Origin: Pocillopora damicornis
Lineage: Eukaryota
Assembly: GCF_003704095.1 (NCBI RefSeq)
Contig: NW_020846747.1
Coordinates: 62,142 to 126,000 of the forward strand
Direction of reading: 5' to 3'
Length of the DNA stretch: 63,859 nt
Below the pieces are notes generated by a model. The model saw only the letters and a list, made by a program, of their open reading frames with translations, was not told the DNA's origin and made no database searches. Made by a program: the position numbers and the translations under genes. Below, in pieces: positions 1-12,902 of this stretch (the stretch's first letter is position 1; each line of letters begins with the position of its first letter).

Positions 1-1099
1 ATTTCTCATTAGTATTAAAGTCACTGTTAAGGTGAACGCTACATCAAGGCGAATAAATTGATGTGGGAGACGATCAGTTCTACTTCAGCTCTAAATAATT
101 TATTTTTCAATCATCTTGCCAGCTAAAAATCACACTTGAGAGAACTAATTTATTGTAGAAGTGCATTTATAATGAAAAAAGGGCTTTTGTGTTTCTTATA
201 AGTATTGAAANNNNNNNNNNNNNNNNNNNNNNNNNNNNNNNNNNNNNNNNNNNNNNNNNNNNNNNNNNNNNNNNNNNNNNNNNNNNNNNNNNNNNNNNNN
301 NNNNNNNNNNTAGCACACGAACATTTTGAACCATACACAGCAAATTCAAAAGTTTTGAACCACTGAACAACAGCATATTTCATTATTAGATTTTGATAAA
401 TCGTCTTACCTCACGTCAACTGCATGCTTTGCGAAAAATCATTTTTATTAGTCCTCAGTTAAATATCCACAGCGGGAAGAGTTTAATTGGTAAATGCTTT
501 CTATAAAATTTTTGTCTCCAAGCTAATAAGCTTGTTAATTATAATCCATGCTGGAACAAAAGGCGTATTTCGTAGTTTTGGTTTATTCAAGTTTTACAGT
601 TCAAAATGACAAAAGGGGTATTATTTGAGGCGTTTTGAGTGTTAGCAATTAAAAAAAACTGCTACGTCCGCTTAACACTTTGCAATTAACTCAAAGAGGA
701 TATGTTTTTTAAAATTTTGTTTCAATGTATTGTTGATGAAAAATAATTGGCTTTCGCTTGGTTTAATAAGACATCAACATCAAACCCTCCATTTTTAACA
801 ATACATAATTATCATTATTTGTGTCTGGACTTGAACTTATGTGGTCTCCATCCAAAGATAGACGATTGCATTCAATTCATGCATTAGAGAGAATAAGTAA
901 TATGAGGAGAGATGTCATAATGGTTAAATTTCTTCTGAGATGCGTTCATCTATTGTTAAGGTGTTCAGCATAATGACTAAGTTCTAATTATAACAACTCA
1001 ACAATCTGGTTTACTTTTGAAAGTAACTAAAACATGAACACATCCCCATTAATATTTATAATAGCTACTTACAATAGAGACCACACGATTTTTGAATAC

Positions 1100-1290
1100 A
1101 GAAGCGATCCTCGCAGTTATGAACACCACTGAACTAGTAGTTAAATTGAATTTTTTTAATTGGCCTGAATTGGCCTGAATTGGCCTGAATTGGCTTGAAA
1201 TTTTTTCAGGCCTTGTTTCAACTACTACTTAGTTTTGTTCATAACTGCGTGGGTGGCTTCTATATTCGTTTCTTTAACTGCAGTGCACAA
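1100..1290. mobile_element. Palindromic MITE-like dispersed repeat containing an AATTGGCCTG x4 tandem
   Basis: gaagcgatcctcgcagttatgaac at the left end is the inverted partner of gttcataactgcgtgggtggcttc at the right end. Related copies lie at ~25300-25450, 54600-54760, 59340-59490 and 60350-60500. Confidence 0.65.
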
Positions 1291-3808
1291 TGATTTTCAT
1301 ATATTTACAGTTGTTACACACGATTTTCGTTACATACGTTCATTTTACTTGTCACTCCAAGTTTAGTACGCTGTACTAATAATGAGTACTCTGAATCGAA
1401 TTTTGCGCACGAATATATTTGCCAGTTATTATGTTCTTTGTATTTTTAGGCTTCAAATTTCAATACGCTGTCTTCAGTTCCAACGCCATGTCAAGAACAT
1501 TATGTAGGCGTTGAAAGACTGGGATAATCTGCAAACATATTCGAAAAATTCAAGAGAACTACAGATAGTTTTGGGGCTAATTAAGAGAACATGTATAGCC
1601 ATTCTAATGCAAAGCAATCTTACTTACTGGTTTATGTAATGTTCTGCAAACGGACCAGCCTGTTTTAATTTCGCATATTTCAACCGAGAACGTGTGCATC
1701 TGTTCGTTAAGAACGTAAGTTCAACACGCTTTGTTGTTTTGAGCTACTTTTTAGTTTGGAAAAGGTGAGTGTATCCTGATGAAGAGGTTGACATCAAGAC
1801 AGATTGTTCAATTTTCACTAAGTAAGTTCGTGATAAACTCAGAAACGCTAATATGGGTGTGTAAAATTTAGAGAGACATCAACTTTTCTTTCAGTTTTCA
1901 GCAAGTAAAATATAGAAATTGCGATTATTCTCCTGTACCAGAAATAAGTTCACTCTGGATAATGATGTTCAAAGGCAAATGGCTACTTTAAAATATTATA
2001 ACAACAGAACAGCTTGAATCGACATAGTGCGCTTCAGTACTCAATCTTGAAATATAAGAAGGTTGACTTGCAGAGGTCAGTAAGAATGTGATTTTTTTTT
2101 TCTTGTGCATCACTTTTATTTCATTTTATCAGGTATGGAAACTTGAGGAAAGGTATTTTTATTAGCTTAAATTCCGTGCCAACAGCATGTCGAGCTGTAG
2201 AATGTAATTGTCTCTGGTATGGAAATTCGAAATTAATTAATGGCTTTTGTCCTTCTGGTATTTTCCGTCAGCTAAGGGATAATGAGTTGACACTGACATT
2301 TAAAGGTACTTGCGTGACTCTCGTCAAAATTCGAAATCTGTCTATGAAAGGGTTACTTCATTACTTGAAGTGCACATACATGCAAGACACTACTCGCATA
2401 ACAGAGCTGTCTTCTTTTGATGTCCAAATATTTTGTTCCATCAACCGCTTTAAAAATCTTTTGCAAATAACTCGTGGTGAAATATAAGCGAAAAAGAAAA
2501 TAAAAATTGTAAGACTTTGGCTGGTTTTCAAGTTTTTTTTTCTTCGTAATATGTTCTTGACATGTCACTTATTCTACGTTCATGAATCGTCGATGATCCT
2601 TATCCGCTGTAAGTGACTGTAAAATTTTAGCCGTGAAATCATTTTGGAGCTGCAACGGAAAGTGGAGATCAACAAGTTATAATTGATGGAAAACATTTTG
2701 GCTGTGTTTGAGATCGCTACTGAAAGGTAATAACAAAAAGGAGGAGCTCCAGGAAACTACAAATTACCATAAAATTAAAAACTATTGAGCGTTTTTCGCT
2801 CGGGCCGGAGTTTAAACGCTATTTCTGTCATGTTTCTGAAATGGCATAACGTAAGGCGAAAGGGAGAAATCTATGGTCCGGTGTCTTTAATTTAAGTATC
2901 AATTTTCTATAGCAGCAGAGAATTTGGGTGGTCACTGAAACAAAGAGCTGTCTTCAGCTGTTGCCAAGCAAACAAAGCTGACACAACTTGGATTAATACA
3001 CCTGAGGTATGAATGGTAGTACGTTATCAATCTTGTTTTAATCTCAGTGAAATATGTCACAAAAATCTGGGTCCGGCATCCTAAGCAGCAACATTTTCCT
3101 TGCCACATGAGTTTTAGATGTATTTGGATATCAAACCAAGTAGGTAGGATGTTTAAAGCAGACCTTGATGGTCGAAGGTAAAATGTGCAAACGAAAGTAA
3201 CTTCTTGTCCGAGCATAATATATCATGGCCTGAAATGTTTTCAGCATATGTATATTTCATGTGCCAAGTGCTTGGCCAGACCATAGCGCATGAAACGCAG
3301 ATTGGATCACACTGCATTAACCAAATGAATTTAACATTGTTCCGAGCAGTAAACGTCGAAAATTGAAAGGGAGGAGAATATGATATACTCCAAGTGAGCA
3401 TACTGCATGTGAAACAGCACTCGCGCAAAAATGAATGCAGGGACGGCAACATTCATATGACAGTTTCCCTCACTATTCTCTTTTAATCACAAGATAAATT
3501 TTCCACCTATCTCTTCGGCAGATTATCTAGACTTTTGTGTATACTCCAGGGTCTTCTAAGCTTACTTTTACGGGAGTTACCATGTTATACCTGATAAACG
3601 TATATGCTACCGCTTGGTACACAGGTGTACATTGCACGTGGGTGGTTCACTTTCAAGAACCTTGACATGTACCATGTAATGATAGCGTGCTAACTTCTTT
3701 GACTTAGGTTTCAGTGGTATCAGATATGTCATTCATCTAGTGAATAAAGAAATCCACGAAACAAATCATAAATTATAACTGCGCTTCTACAATAAATTTA
3801 TCCAACAG

Positions 3809-4146
3809 TGATTTCCAGCGGGCGAGATAACTGAAAAAATAAATTGATTGGAGCTGAAACAACCTAACTGTATCTCACATAAATTCTTTCTTTTTAAGGT
3901 AGCCTTCATCTTCAACAGTGATTTCGATACGTATAAGAAACACGAAAGCCCTCGTTTCATCATTAAGCGCTTCCAAATTAGCTCTTTCAACCGTAATTTC
4001 CAGCTAGCGAGATAATTGAAAAGATAAATTATTTAGAGCTAGAGTAGACTTGATCGTCTCTCGCATCAATATATTCTCTTTAATGTAGCGTTCATCTTCA
4101 TCAGTGACTTTAATACTAATGAGAAATACGAAAGCTCTTTTTTCAT
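3809..4146. repeat. Diverged ~185-bp tandem duplication
   Basis: 3809-3962 (gtgatttccagcgggcgagataactg...gaaagccctcgtttcat) aligns by eye with 3993-4146 (gtaatttccagctagcgagataattg...gaaagctcttttttcat). Confidence 0.7.
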
Positions 4147-5049
4147 TTGAAGAATAAAATATCAAAGTCTTTATCACAGCTGGCCAAGCAACACTGTTTG
4201 AGTCGATTGATATTCATTTGTTTCTACACGTATCATGTATTCGAGTCTCTGAAAGTCTCAAAAATCTTTAAATATCTAAACTACGTATTACCTGGCATCC
4301 CCTAAATTGAAAACGCATCAAATTTTCATAACTTTTTCTTGGCATTTCACTCCACTCAATCATGTTTGCCGTTACGTACCTCTCTAGGCTCCGAACTGTA
4401 ACGAATTGTAAGATTCATGAGACAAAAGCGAATATTTCCCCGATTGTTCTCTTAGTAATCCGTTAATTAATTAAACTACCTCAACATTTAAACCCATAAT
4501 TTTAGTTCCACCCCCTTTTTTACGATACAAATGTTTTCATTTATTTGCCCCCAAGTGAGTACATTGCATGAGCATTCGCAATGACAGTTGGGCAGATTGG
4601 CGCAAAGAACAGACATAAAAGTTGGAAGTTAAACATTCAGCCAAGTTCCTACTTCATTTCACGCAGGCTTTATTTTAATGAAAACGACTTCGACTTGTGA
4701 TGCGAGCTGGTTGAGAATATTGGTGGTATATGTTTGATCTTCACATATTTGTTTTCAGCGCACAATACCTAATCAGATAAGTACAAGTACGCGACATTGT
4801 TCAATCTAAATGAAATCTGAACAAGAACTTGGAGACTGGTATTTTGACGGTCGGTCAGATATAAATTGAGAATTTTCTCTTGCTTGATATTATATTCAAA
4901 TTTATATATATAGATCATTTTCTCTTGCTTTATAATATATATATCTTTGGTCGACGCCTAAAAATGCTTACTTAAGACATCATGATGGTCATGCGCCTTC
5001 TTTTCACCTCAACAGCTTTAAATTAAAACAGCAACCTGAAAGGAGGAAC

Positions 5050-6084
5050 ATGCAGACAGAGAACTTCATTACCAAAGTTGTCCACTCTTCGCTGGTGCTG
5101 ACAGCTTTGCTGGGCAATCTTTTGGTTTGTCTTACCATCTTGAAAAACACGATATTAAGGACACCAGTGAATTATCTTCTAATGAATCTCGCCATAAGTG
5201 ATATGATAATCGTGATAGCTTTCACTCCTAGACATATACTCGAAGGACTATACCATCATCCTCGAGGTTTGCAAGGAACCATCTTATGTAAAACAATCAC
5301 TTCTGATACATTCACCTGGGTTGGAGCGGTGTCTTCAGCGACAACGTTGGTAGTATTGGCTTACGAGCGATACGCTGCCATTACTTTTCCTCTTGAAACA
5401 CGATCAAAGCTAAGCCGCAGAAAACTTAAGATTTTAGTTGGCCTCGGTTGGTTTCTTTCCGCTATCTTCAACATCCCACTGTTTTACGTCAGAAGCCTCA
5501 ATCAACAGCGTGGAATTTGCGAAAGCCATTGGCCAAATGTGACATTTGCAAAAAGTTACAATATCGCTTGGTTAATTTTGATTGGAATAGCACCGTTCTG
5601 CTTTATGGCATTTTTCTACGGGAAAGTTATACTGCATTTAAGACGAGAGATATTACCGAGGCAACATAGATCATTAGCCACGAGGAAATCGAGACAGAAA
5701 GTCACCAAAATGCTTTTGACAATAACAATAATCTACGGAATTTGCTGGATTCCAAACTTGATTCTTTATGTTGTGTGGTACTATGTATTAGAAGCAGAAA
5801 TAATGTACACGATAAATAAGGTTCTTCTTTTTTTAATATTATTAAATTCGTGTACAAATCCCTTTGTTTATGCCGCACAGAGTCGAATATTTCGAAGAAG
5901 CATGAAAAACATCATATGCCCGGGCAAGAATTGGTCAGAAAATCGAATGAATATTTCCTTGCCTTTAACAAGGTCACTGAAGACCTTAGAGAACGTGCAG
6001 TTGAAAGGCTTTGCGCCCCTAGATAGCCATGCAAAGAAATTAGAATTTCAAAACTTAGGATGGCACTCTTGGAGAAATTTTTAA
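5050..6084 (+). CDS. Class A (rhodopsin-like) GPCR, peptide-receptor-like, single coding ORF
   Basis: 344 aa with seven hydrophobic segments and the canonical motifs GN (TM1), LAISD (TM2), YERY (TM3), an ECL2 Cys, CWIP (TM6) and NPFVY (TM7). Confidence 0.95.
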   Translation: MQTENFITKVVHSSLVLTALLGNLLVCLTILKNTILRTPVNYLLMNLAISDMIIVIAFTPRHILEGLYHHPRGLQGTILCKTITSDTFTWVGAVSSATTLVVLAYERYAAITFPLETRSKLSRRKLKILVGLGWFLSAIFNIPLFYVRSLNQQRGICESHWPNVTFAKSYNIAWLILIGIAPFCFMAFFYGKVILHLRREILPRQHRSLATRKSRQKVTKMLLTITIIYGICWIPNLILYVVWYYVLEAEIMYTINKVLLFLILLNSCTNPFVYAAQSRIFRRSMKNIICPGKNWSENRMNISLPLTRSLKTLENVQLKGFAPLDSHAKKLEFQNLGWHSWRNF

Positions 6085-6720
6085 GTTGAGTCTCGGAGCT
6101 AATTTATTACTTCGATCGTGGTATACTAAACTTAGTGGTTTGTTACCAAACGCGTGAAAGTATATAATATAAAATTCAGGACTGGGGAACGAAGAAAATA
6201 ATTTAAGCAATCAGACATTAACTGTATTATACCCACTGTTTATTCAATTCTTCATTAATTTTCTCACTTCATAAACGCTGATTCACTAATGTATATCTGC
6301 TAAAATGTGTTGACTATGGATACGAACAGGTAAAATTAGTTATGTTATTTGGAATCCGGTTAACTGTATTAGTGGTCACTAGATGTAGAAAAATCCTACT
6401 GCGCAAAAGTCGATAAAAGAAGCGTAAAGAAGCTCTTGCACATACACTAGTGAAACAAGGGCTACTAAGTTAACAGTTTCTCTTTTGTATCAATTTTAAA
6501 GCTAGTTCATTTTAAACCTCTTGAAATTTCTTAAGATTTTCGCCAGAAAATAATATTAGTTTAGTCCATCATGAGATAGCAAGTTAGACCAGATGAATTA
6601 GGGATAATTACAGTGCTTATGCAAATATATATTCATAAATTGATTGATTAACACTTTCTTTGCCTATTGATGTATTTGCCCAATTGCCCACTAAAAGGAC
6701 TGCGTGAAGAGTTTCAAAAT

Positions 6721-8374
6721 TCACTTCTGAACTAGACTCATAGCCCCTCCTGGATTATAAATACTTCCCTCGATCACAATCTTCCTCTGCTTGCTGCTGA
6801 CCTCCTCCACAGCAATCGCTTCACCAACGTTTTCTTGAGAGCAGTTAGAGGGAGTAGTGCGGTAGTTTAAAACTTTTTTCTTTATCAATACTGGCGCCCA
6901 ATAAACTTGAAAAGTTTTGTCACCGCTGGTGCCAGTTTTCCTGAAACTGCCTCTGTAAACGCTTTTACCAAATCTTGATTGTAAGTAAGTGTTAAAAACT
7001 TTGCTCGAGCTGGTATAAGCTGACTTGACGCGCAAATCAGCTTTGTTAATGGCTGGCAGTGCATCTTCGTACCAGTCTCCATGGTGACGTTCTTTCTTGC
7101 CGTCGATTACAATACCGGGAATTGGTTTTCTTGCAAGATTATCAATGTTGTTGTTTATGATTCTTTTTGGGTGAGTTTTCGGCAATTCTTGATTCTTATC
7201 ATGGGCATCTGGTGAAATACCCGTCCTCCTCGCGGATCCAAGCTTTTTACCCTCCACGAAGAGCGCTTTAATTGGGTGCTCGCCGTTGATTGACAATGCT
7301 TGTAGATCGGGAATGCAAGGAAGTCGAAACTTTTGTTTAGTTACTTTCGCCCGCTTGTAGGAACAATTCGGTGCCGAACTTGAACGCTTTAACATAAAAA
7401 TTTCGCTCTCGATCTTTCTGGTCTTTCCATCTCCCTTGCCTATCGCAATCAGCGACGAAGAGTTCGCTGATACTGGCGAAATCATCATAGACTTTCCCTT
7501 ACTTCTTTCCTTTGTTGGAAATCGCCAGTCATTACTTCCTGTCACTGGCTTATAACTTTCGTCTTCTTGCTTGATTTCCTTGTCATTATTTGCTTTTGCT
7601 TTTAAATCTTTCGAGCTAAAATTTCCTTCTTCATGTTCGATTCCGTGCGGTTGAGTTGTTTTGTCTTCTAAACACTCTTTAGAATCCAGATAAACTGTTT
7701 TGACTGACAAGAAACTCATTAAAACGGCGTCCTGCCAAAATAAATACATACAATTTCGGATTTGCGGTTAGGCGGCTTCTAACTGCAGCCAGTTGAATAT
7801 GACAAACTTTATGTCTCAGACGAAAAGAGTACTTGATTATTTCGCTTTGAATAAAGTGACATTTATTTTAATTTTTCAAAAAAATAAAAAGAAAAGAAAA
7901 ACAAATGGGAAGTATAAACTTTAATTTTTAAGTAGATTTTAGGCCAGTAAAGTGCATTCGATTTTTTTTTAATTCGTAAATGCATTGACCTAGAGATGTT
8001 CTTGGTTAGGACAAGCATTTGGTATTTGTCCAGAAAAAAAAAATTGTGAAAATATATATTTTCTTTTGCACTCAATTATCATTTTGTAGAAAAGCAGTTT
8101 CAAAATGTATTTTGTTTTTCCGTGGAATATTATGGAAAATTATTCATGTATCTATCTTGACATTTCTCAGCTGGGAAGACCTCTGAGCATAAAATCCTGG
8201 CTGCGTGCACTTGATTTCAGTGAGTATTATACATCAGTTTACCTTCGAAATGATATTCTTGAAATCTTCAATACCAACAATATTAAAGACTGTTTCTCTT
8301 CCGCTCTTGTACGCTTGAGAAAGACACTCGAGGCAAGACTTAACTGGGATTACCCATGGCTCCAAAAATTCTTC
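6721..8374 (-). CDS. Uncharacterised hydrophilic, Lys/Ser-rich protein; 3' exons only (about 8242-8374 and 6721-7731)
   Basis: A 1-kb open frame begins after an acceptor (ttttggcag|GAC). An upstream exon reading EFLEPWVIPVKSCLECL...KNIISK ends at a phase-0 donor (aag|gtaaac). No domain was recognised and the start is unresolved. Confidence 0.55.
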
Positions 8375-10245
8375 TGAGGAACTACCTTACGATTTTTCGA
8401 GCAATCCTTTTATAATGTGTTGACGGCAATGTTGAGATCTTCGTGGCTACATTTAAGTACAAACACTGACCGTCGTCCAGCAAACCAAATGAGCATTTAT
8501 CCAGGTGTATCTCATTAAGTTCATTAAAATTGTTTTTCCATATGAATACAACTATCGTCACTTCCAAATGAAGTATCACCAAAATTAAACTTCCTCTCAT
8601 TATTTCTACGGATTTCTAATACACACAGGAATGGAAGGAATTAGTTTAAATTTGAAAATTGCTTTTTAACTTCCCTTACGCGAAAATTTAAAGGGTAAAG
8701 GAGGTTATTTCAAACGCACTGATCATATAAGAGATCTATTAACTTCATTTTGTCCTCAGAGGGTTCGAGAAAGCCTTTTGAAATAACCTCGTTACTAGAG
8801 TTTCTATTTTAAAGTTTTAACTGGCAGGTGGTGTTGCTTTTAATTTTATTGGCTACGAACTTATGAAGTGGGGGACGTAGTTAGTATTAGACAATAAACA
8901 AGTACTTTAGGCGGGGAAATGTTCATGTTGAGTGACAGAACGGCAAACTTCAAAGTGGAATCAAATTGGCAAAAGACAAATGCATTCAGTATCATTTGTT
9001 TGCTCTGGGCGGTGTTTTCTGTTAAACTACGACAAAAAAAAAATCAAAAGACAGATACCTTTCTTTGAGCTAAATACATCGATTTCTAGGATCAAAAACA
9101 GTGGTGAATTGAGGGATAATTTATCGTTAGATTGCTTGTAATTCCTTTTCGAGAGTCCGCCCTCATAAAAAAATTTAACAGTAGAAATAAGTATAAACAG
9201 AAATAATTGACATTCGTTCCGAAGTAACCTAGCAAAAATGACAATTCAAAAACCAAATATTCTGAATTACTTTTGTATGGTGTAATTTACGAATAATTTT
9301 TTTCGCTCTGAACTTCATTTAGAGTTAAAAGACGTAAGGAATATTTTCTTTTAACAATGTTCGGGCGACCTTTGAAACAATTTGAATAAATGAAAATTCA
9401 TGTATGTGTGAGTGGCAAACAAAAACGACATACGATATGATTTCTGCCTCATATTTGAGATGACATGAAATATATCAATATGTTTCATGCCCTCATACAT
9501 TACATTTAAGCTTTAAAAGTACATGTATCTCACAGAAATTATGTACTCATAACACTTACTACCAAATCTCTATTGTTTATATAAATTTGGTGAAATCAGT
9601 AAGATTAGGAAAGATATATTTTATTATGGTTTTATCAACTTCAATTAAGACTGAAAAACAGCGCAATGCTCTAAATAAACTAGAGGGGAAATTTCATGAA
9701 CAACGCTGCAAGAGGAAATGAAAATGCTTTAAACAATGTAACTGATATTATAAACCAAGTGTTATATTTTCTTATTTTAAAATTTTTTTTCTTTTCAATT
9801 ACTGAAATTATTATTTTTGGACTGGTGAGTCCAAATATAATTTTTCTTATGTTGAAATATTGTTATACAAATATGATGGTCTACCACGTCTTATAACTAC
9901 AAAAAAAATTAATAATCTATCAAAATAATGAAAAAGATAAAGCAGTATGGCTCTGGTTGATTAATACATTTTTTTTCGCTTGTTGACTTTTCAAGAATTT
10001 CAGAGAACGCACACTTCATAAAATCGGATTTGTTTAGCTCGTAAGAAGCTTTTAATAGCTACTGTTTCAACGTTATTTTATCATGGGTCCATCGAAGCAT
10101 AGTTTAAAACGTATGTAGTTCATTCTTTTCCTTGCTGCAAGAGAGAGGCGGGAAATTGATCCCCAAAGCCAGCTCGCCCTTGTGTTCGCGTCTGCGCAAG
10201 AATGGCTCGACCCACTTCTTCTTCTTTTAAAAATCTTCAGAGATT

Positions 10246-12866
10246 CTAATAAAGTTTTAGTGAAGGTAGAAGCAGCCTTTCAAAATCTGTACGCGGATAA
10301 ACAAATGAATATGTGAATGAATGTTTTGAGTGAAGGCCAGTAATATTTTGTAGATGAAAGCGGCCAAAAGATATTGTCAAACACCTAGTCATCATGAAAA
10401 CTTGAAAATGCAAGCCAAAAAGGATATGTTGAAGTCAAAGAGACAATATGGTCCTTCAACTTTGGCGTACTCGGGGGCAAACTGCTTGAACATAACTTCC
10501 TGAGATTTTAAATTTTGCTGGTTCTCCTCCAGCAATAAATAAGGAAAAAAAATCCCAAACTTTCAGTACCAGTTTTTAAATTTTTCCTCATTCATCGCTA
10601 TCATTTTGCAACATTGGCAACTTTATCATTTAAAATGTTCGTCTCGCACCTTGTTCTCTACAAAAACCGTTATTCTCTTCGTCTGCAAAAGTAAGTATTC
10701 CCGTTACTTCTTCCTCGGTTATTTTTTGCCCGTACAATGTGCTCAGAGCATCATGTATTTCACAGAGAGCCACACGACCCTTCTGTTCTGGGTCGAACAC
10801 GCTGTAAACAGAATGCACTTCATTTAACTCCTTCTGCTCTGCTGTGACTTCTTCCAGTAACTGTATCACTTCATTCAGAGTTATCATTCGCTTGTCTGAA
10901 ACGACATCGAAAATGGAGATCTTGAATAAGTTAGTGAAGTAAATACATCAGATCTTGTAACTTCGATGAGAATGTACTTATCGCAGATAGATACTTTTCT
11001 CGACTGTGGCATAAAAATTTGAATAACAAATTAACATCCTATGTGTGTGACGTTAATTGTTTTCAGCTCAGCGTTGTTTGAACATTCCAATGGAAGTGTA
11101 TCACATTTTGTCCAATTCCTTGAGATATCAAATAGGATATCTCAGTGTTAAAGGAATGTTATCAATAGACAGTATAACTTTTGTTTTTACGTCTTTTTTT
11201 CGAAAATCACGTGACAAACCTGATAATTCCAATTTATTCATGTAGTACCAAGCTTGTTCTTTGTGAACGTTGTAGCCTAAGTCTCGGAGTAGCGGAAAAA
11301 AGTGTTTATAATGAATCACCCCAGAACCATTCGCGTCAAACATAGAGAACGCTTCTTCGAAGACTGCAAGAACAAAAACAAATAAATGAACATAAATTTA
11401 CAGTATTCAAACTGTAACTATTGTTTCTTTTTGCGATAAGATTATAGTTAGACAAGAAAGATATTGGAGATGGTCATCACTATCTCATTTTTTTTTTGAC
11501 AGGAGATATAACGCAAAAACAGACCAGTACGTTGCTTTAGTGAATGCGTTGATGCATTAGAGTTAATTAATTAGAGAGTAATACATGGGCGCAAGTAGCT
11601 ATGGAATTTCTATTTGAGTTTTCAAGTCGATATTTCACGGGTGCACGCGGTGAACAAATGAAATATCGAGTTGAACACGAGCAACGTATATCATATTAAC
11701 ATTATAGGCCTTTACTGACATGTTTGTTATTCATTCATCAACCTAGCAGAGTGGCGCAAAAGGCGATTAACGAGTTTGTAGCTGGTTGGCGATATTTAAA
11801 TCAAAAATCATCATAATTTTACTTTCGTACATTTACGGATCCTCACACCTGTAAATCCTTGTCAAGCAAGTTAGTTTTTTTTTTCTCTTTATTTAAAATA
11901 ATCATAATAAAAATAATAAAAATAACAATAATAATGATTATAATAAATGATTGTATCGACCACCTCTGTCATAAAAAAAAAACAGCGTATTTAGGATGAA
12001 TTATACTAAGCATAAGAAGATTTCGATTTGTTGTAACAAAGAGTAAAATGCATTCTCCAATCAGATACCTTCTTTCGGGCATTTCTCTCGGGCGCAGGGA
12101 AAAAAATCTCCTACCTTCCACCTGTTCCTTACTGAATACAAATGGCTTTTCTCTATCTTCATCGTCGCAGTACATTGAAAATGCTTCGTTGACCCTTTGC
12201 TGAAAGATATTACAGGTCATCTGAATGAAAATTGCCGTTAACATGGGCCATATACTGCGCGAAAGCTTTTATGAATGTAGATATTTTTAGATCCTTCCTT
12301 TTCTTAAATCAACGTTCCTGTGCATTTTCCACCATGAAGTCTATTATCGCTTATGACGATTTATACATGGGCGGATACGTACCTTATTCTCACCGAGAAC
12401 CGAAAAAAAAAATTCGCTGATTATTTTGCCATTCTTAAAAAAGTCTGAAGTTGGTGCTAGGTTAAGATAGCAGCTTTACCATATAATTACATTGGTACTG
12501 TATGATTTTTCAATTATCACTAAACGTTTCCCGGAACCTTGTTCTCTTATATTTTTTAAATTTTGTCCGTATTTCAGATAGTTTAAGAAGTTACATACCA
12601 ATCAATCTTGGGTGTGTAACTTTTGAAACATACCTCTCTAAGTTGGGCTCTCTTGACTGAGATTGTCAAATGACCCTCTGCTCGCTTCATAGCATGCATC
12701 GCTTCCATTGCGTACTTTACAGATACTTTTCCCAGGTAAACATCGTTGATCTAAATGGAAAAGGATTACTTTTCTGTTTCTTTTCCCTTTTTTTAATAAT
12801 TATTATTTTCCCTATTTCATAAATATCTTTTCTTTTCTTTGTTTTTCTGTTTTTTTTTTCTGCTTT

Positions 12867-12902
<36 letters not shown>

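Noticed and set aside
2143-3452. Short ORFs in the left intergenic region
   Set aside because: No motifs or consistent splice structure were found.
6721-10246. Joining the 6721-7749 ORF to the PDZ/EF-hand gene
   Set aside because: The EF-hand gene has its own terminal exon and stop at 10246.
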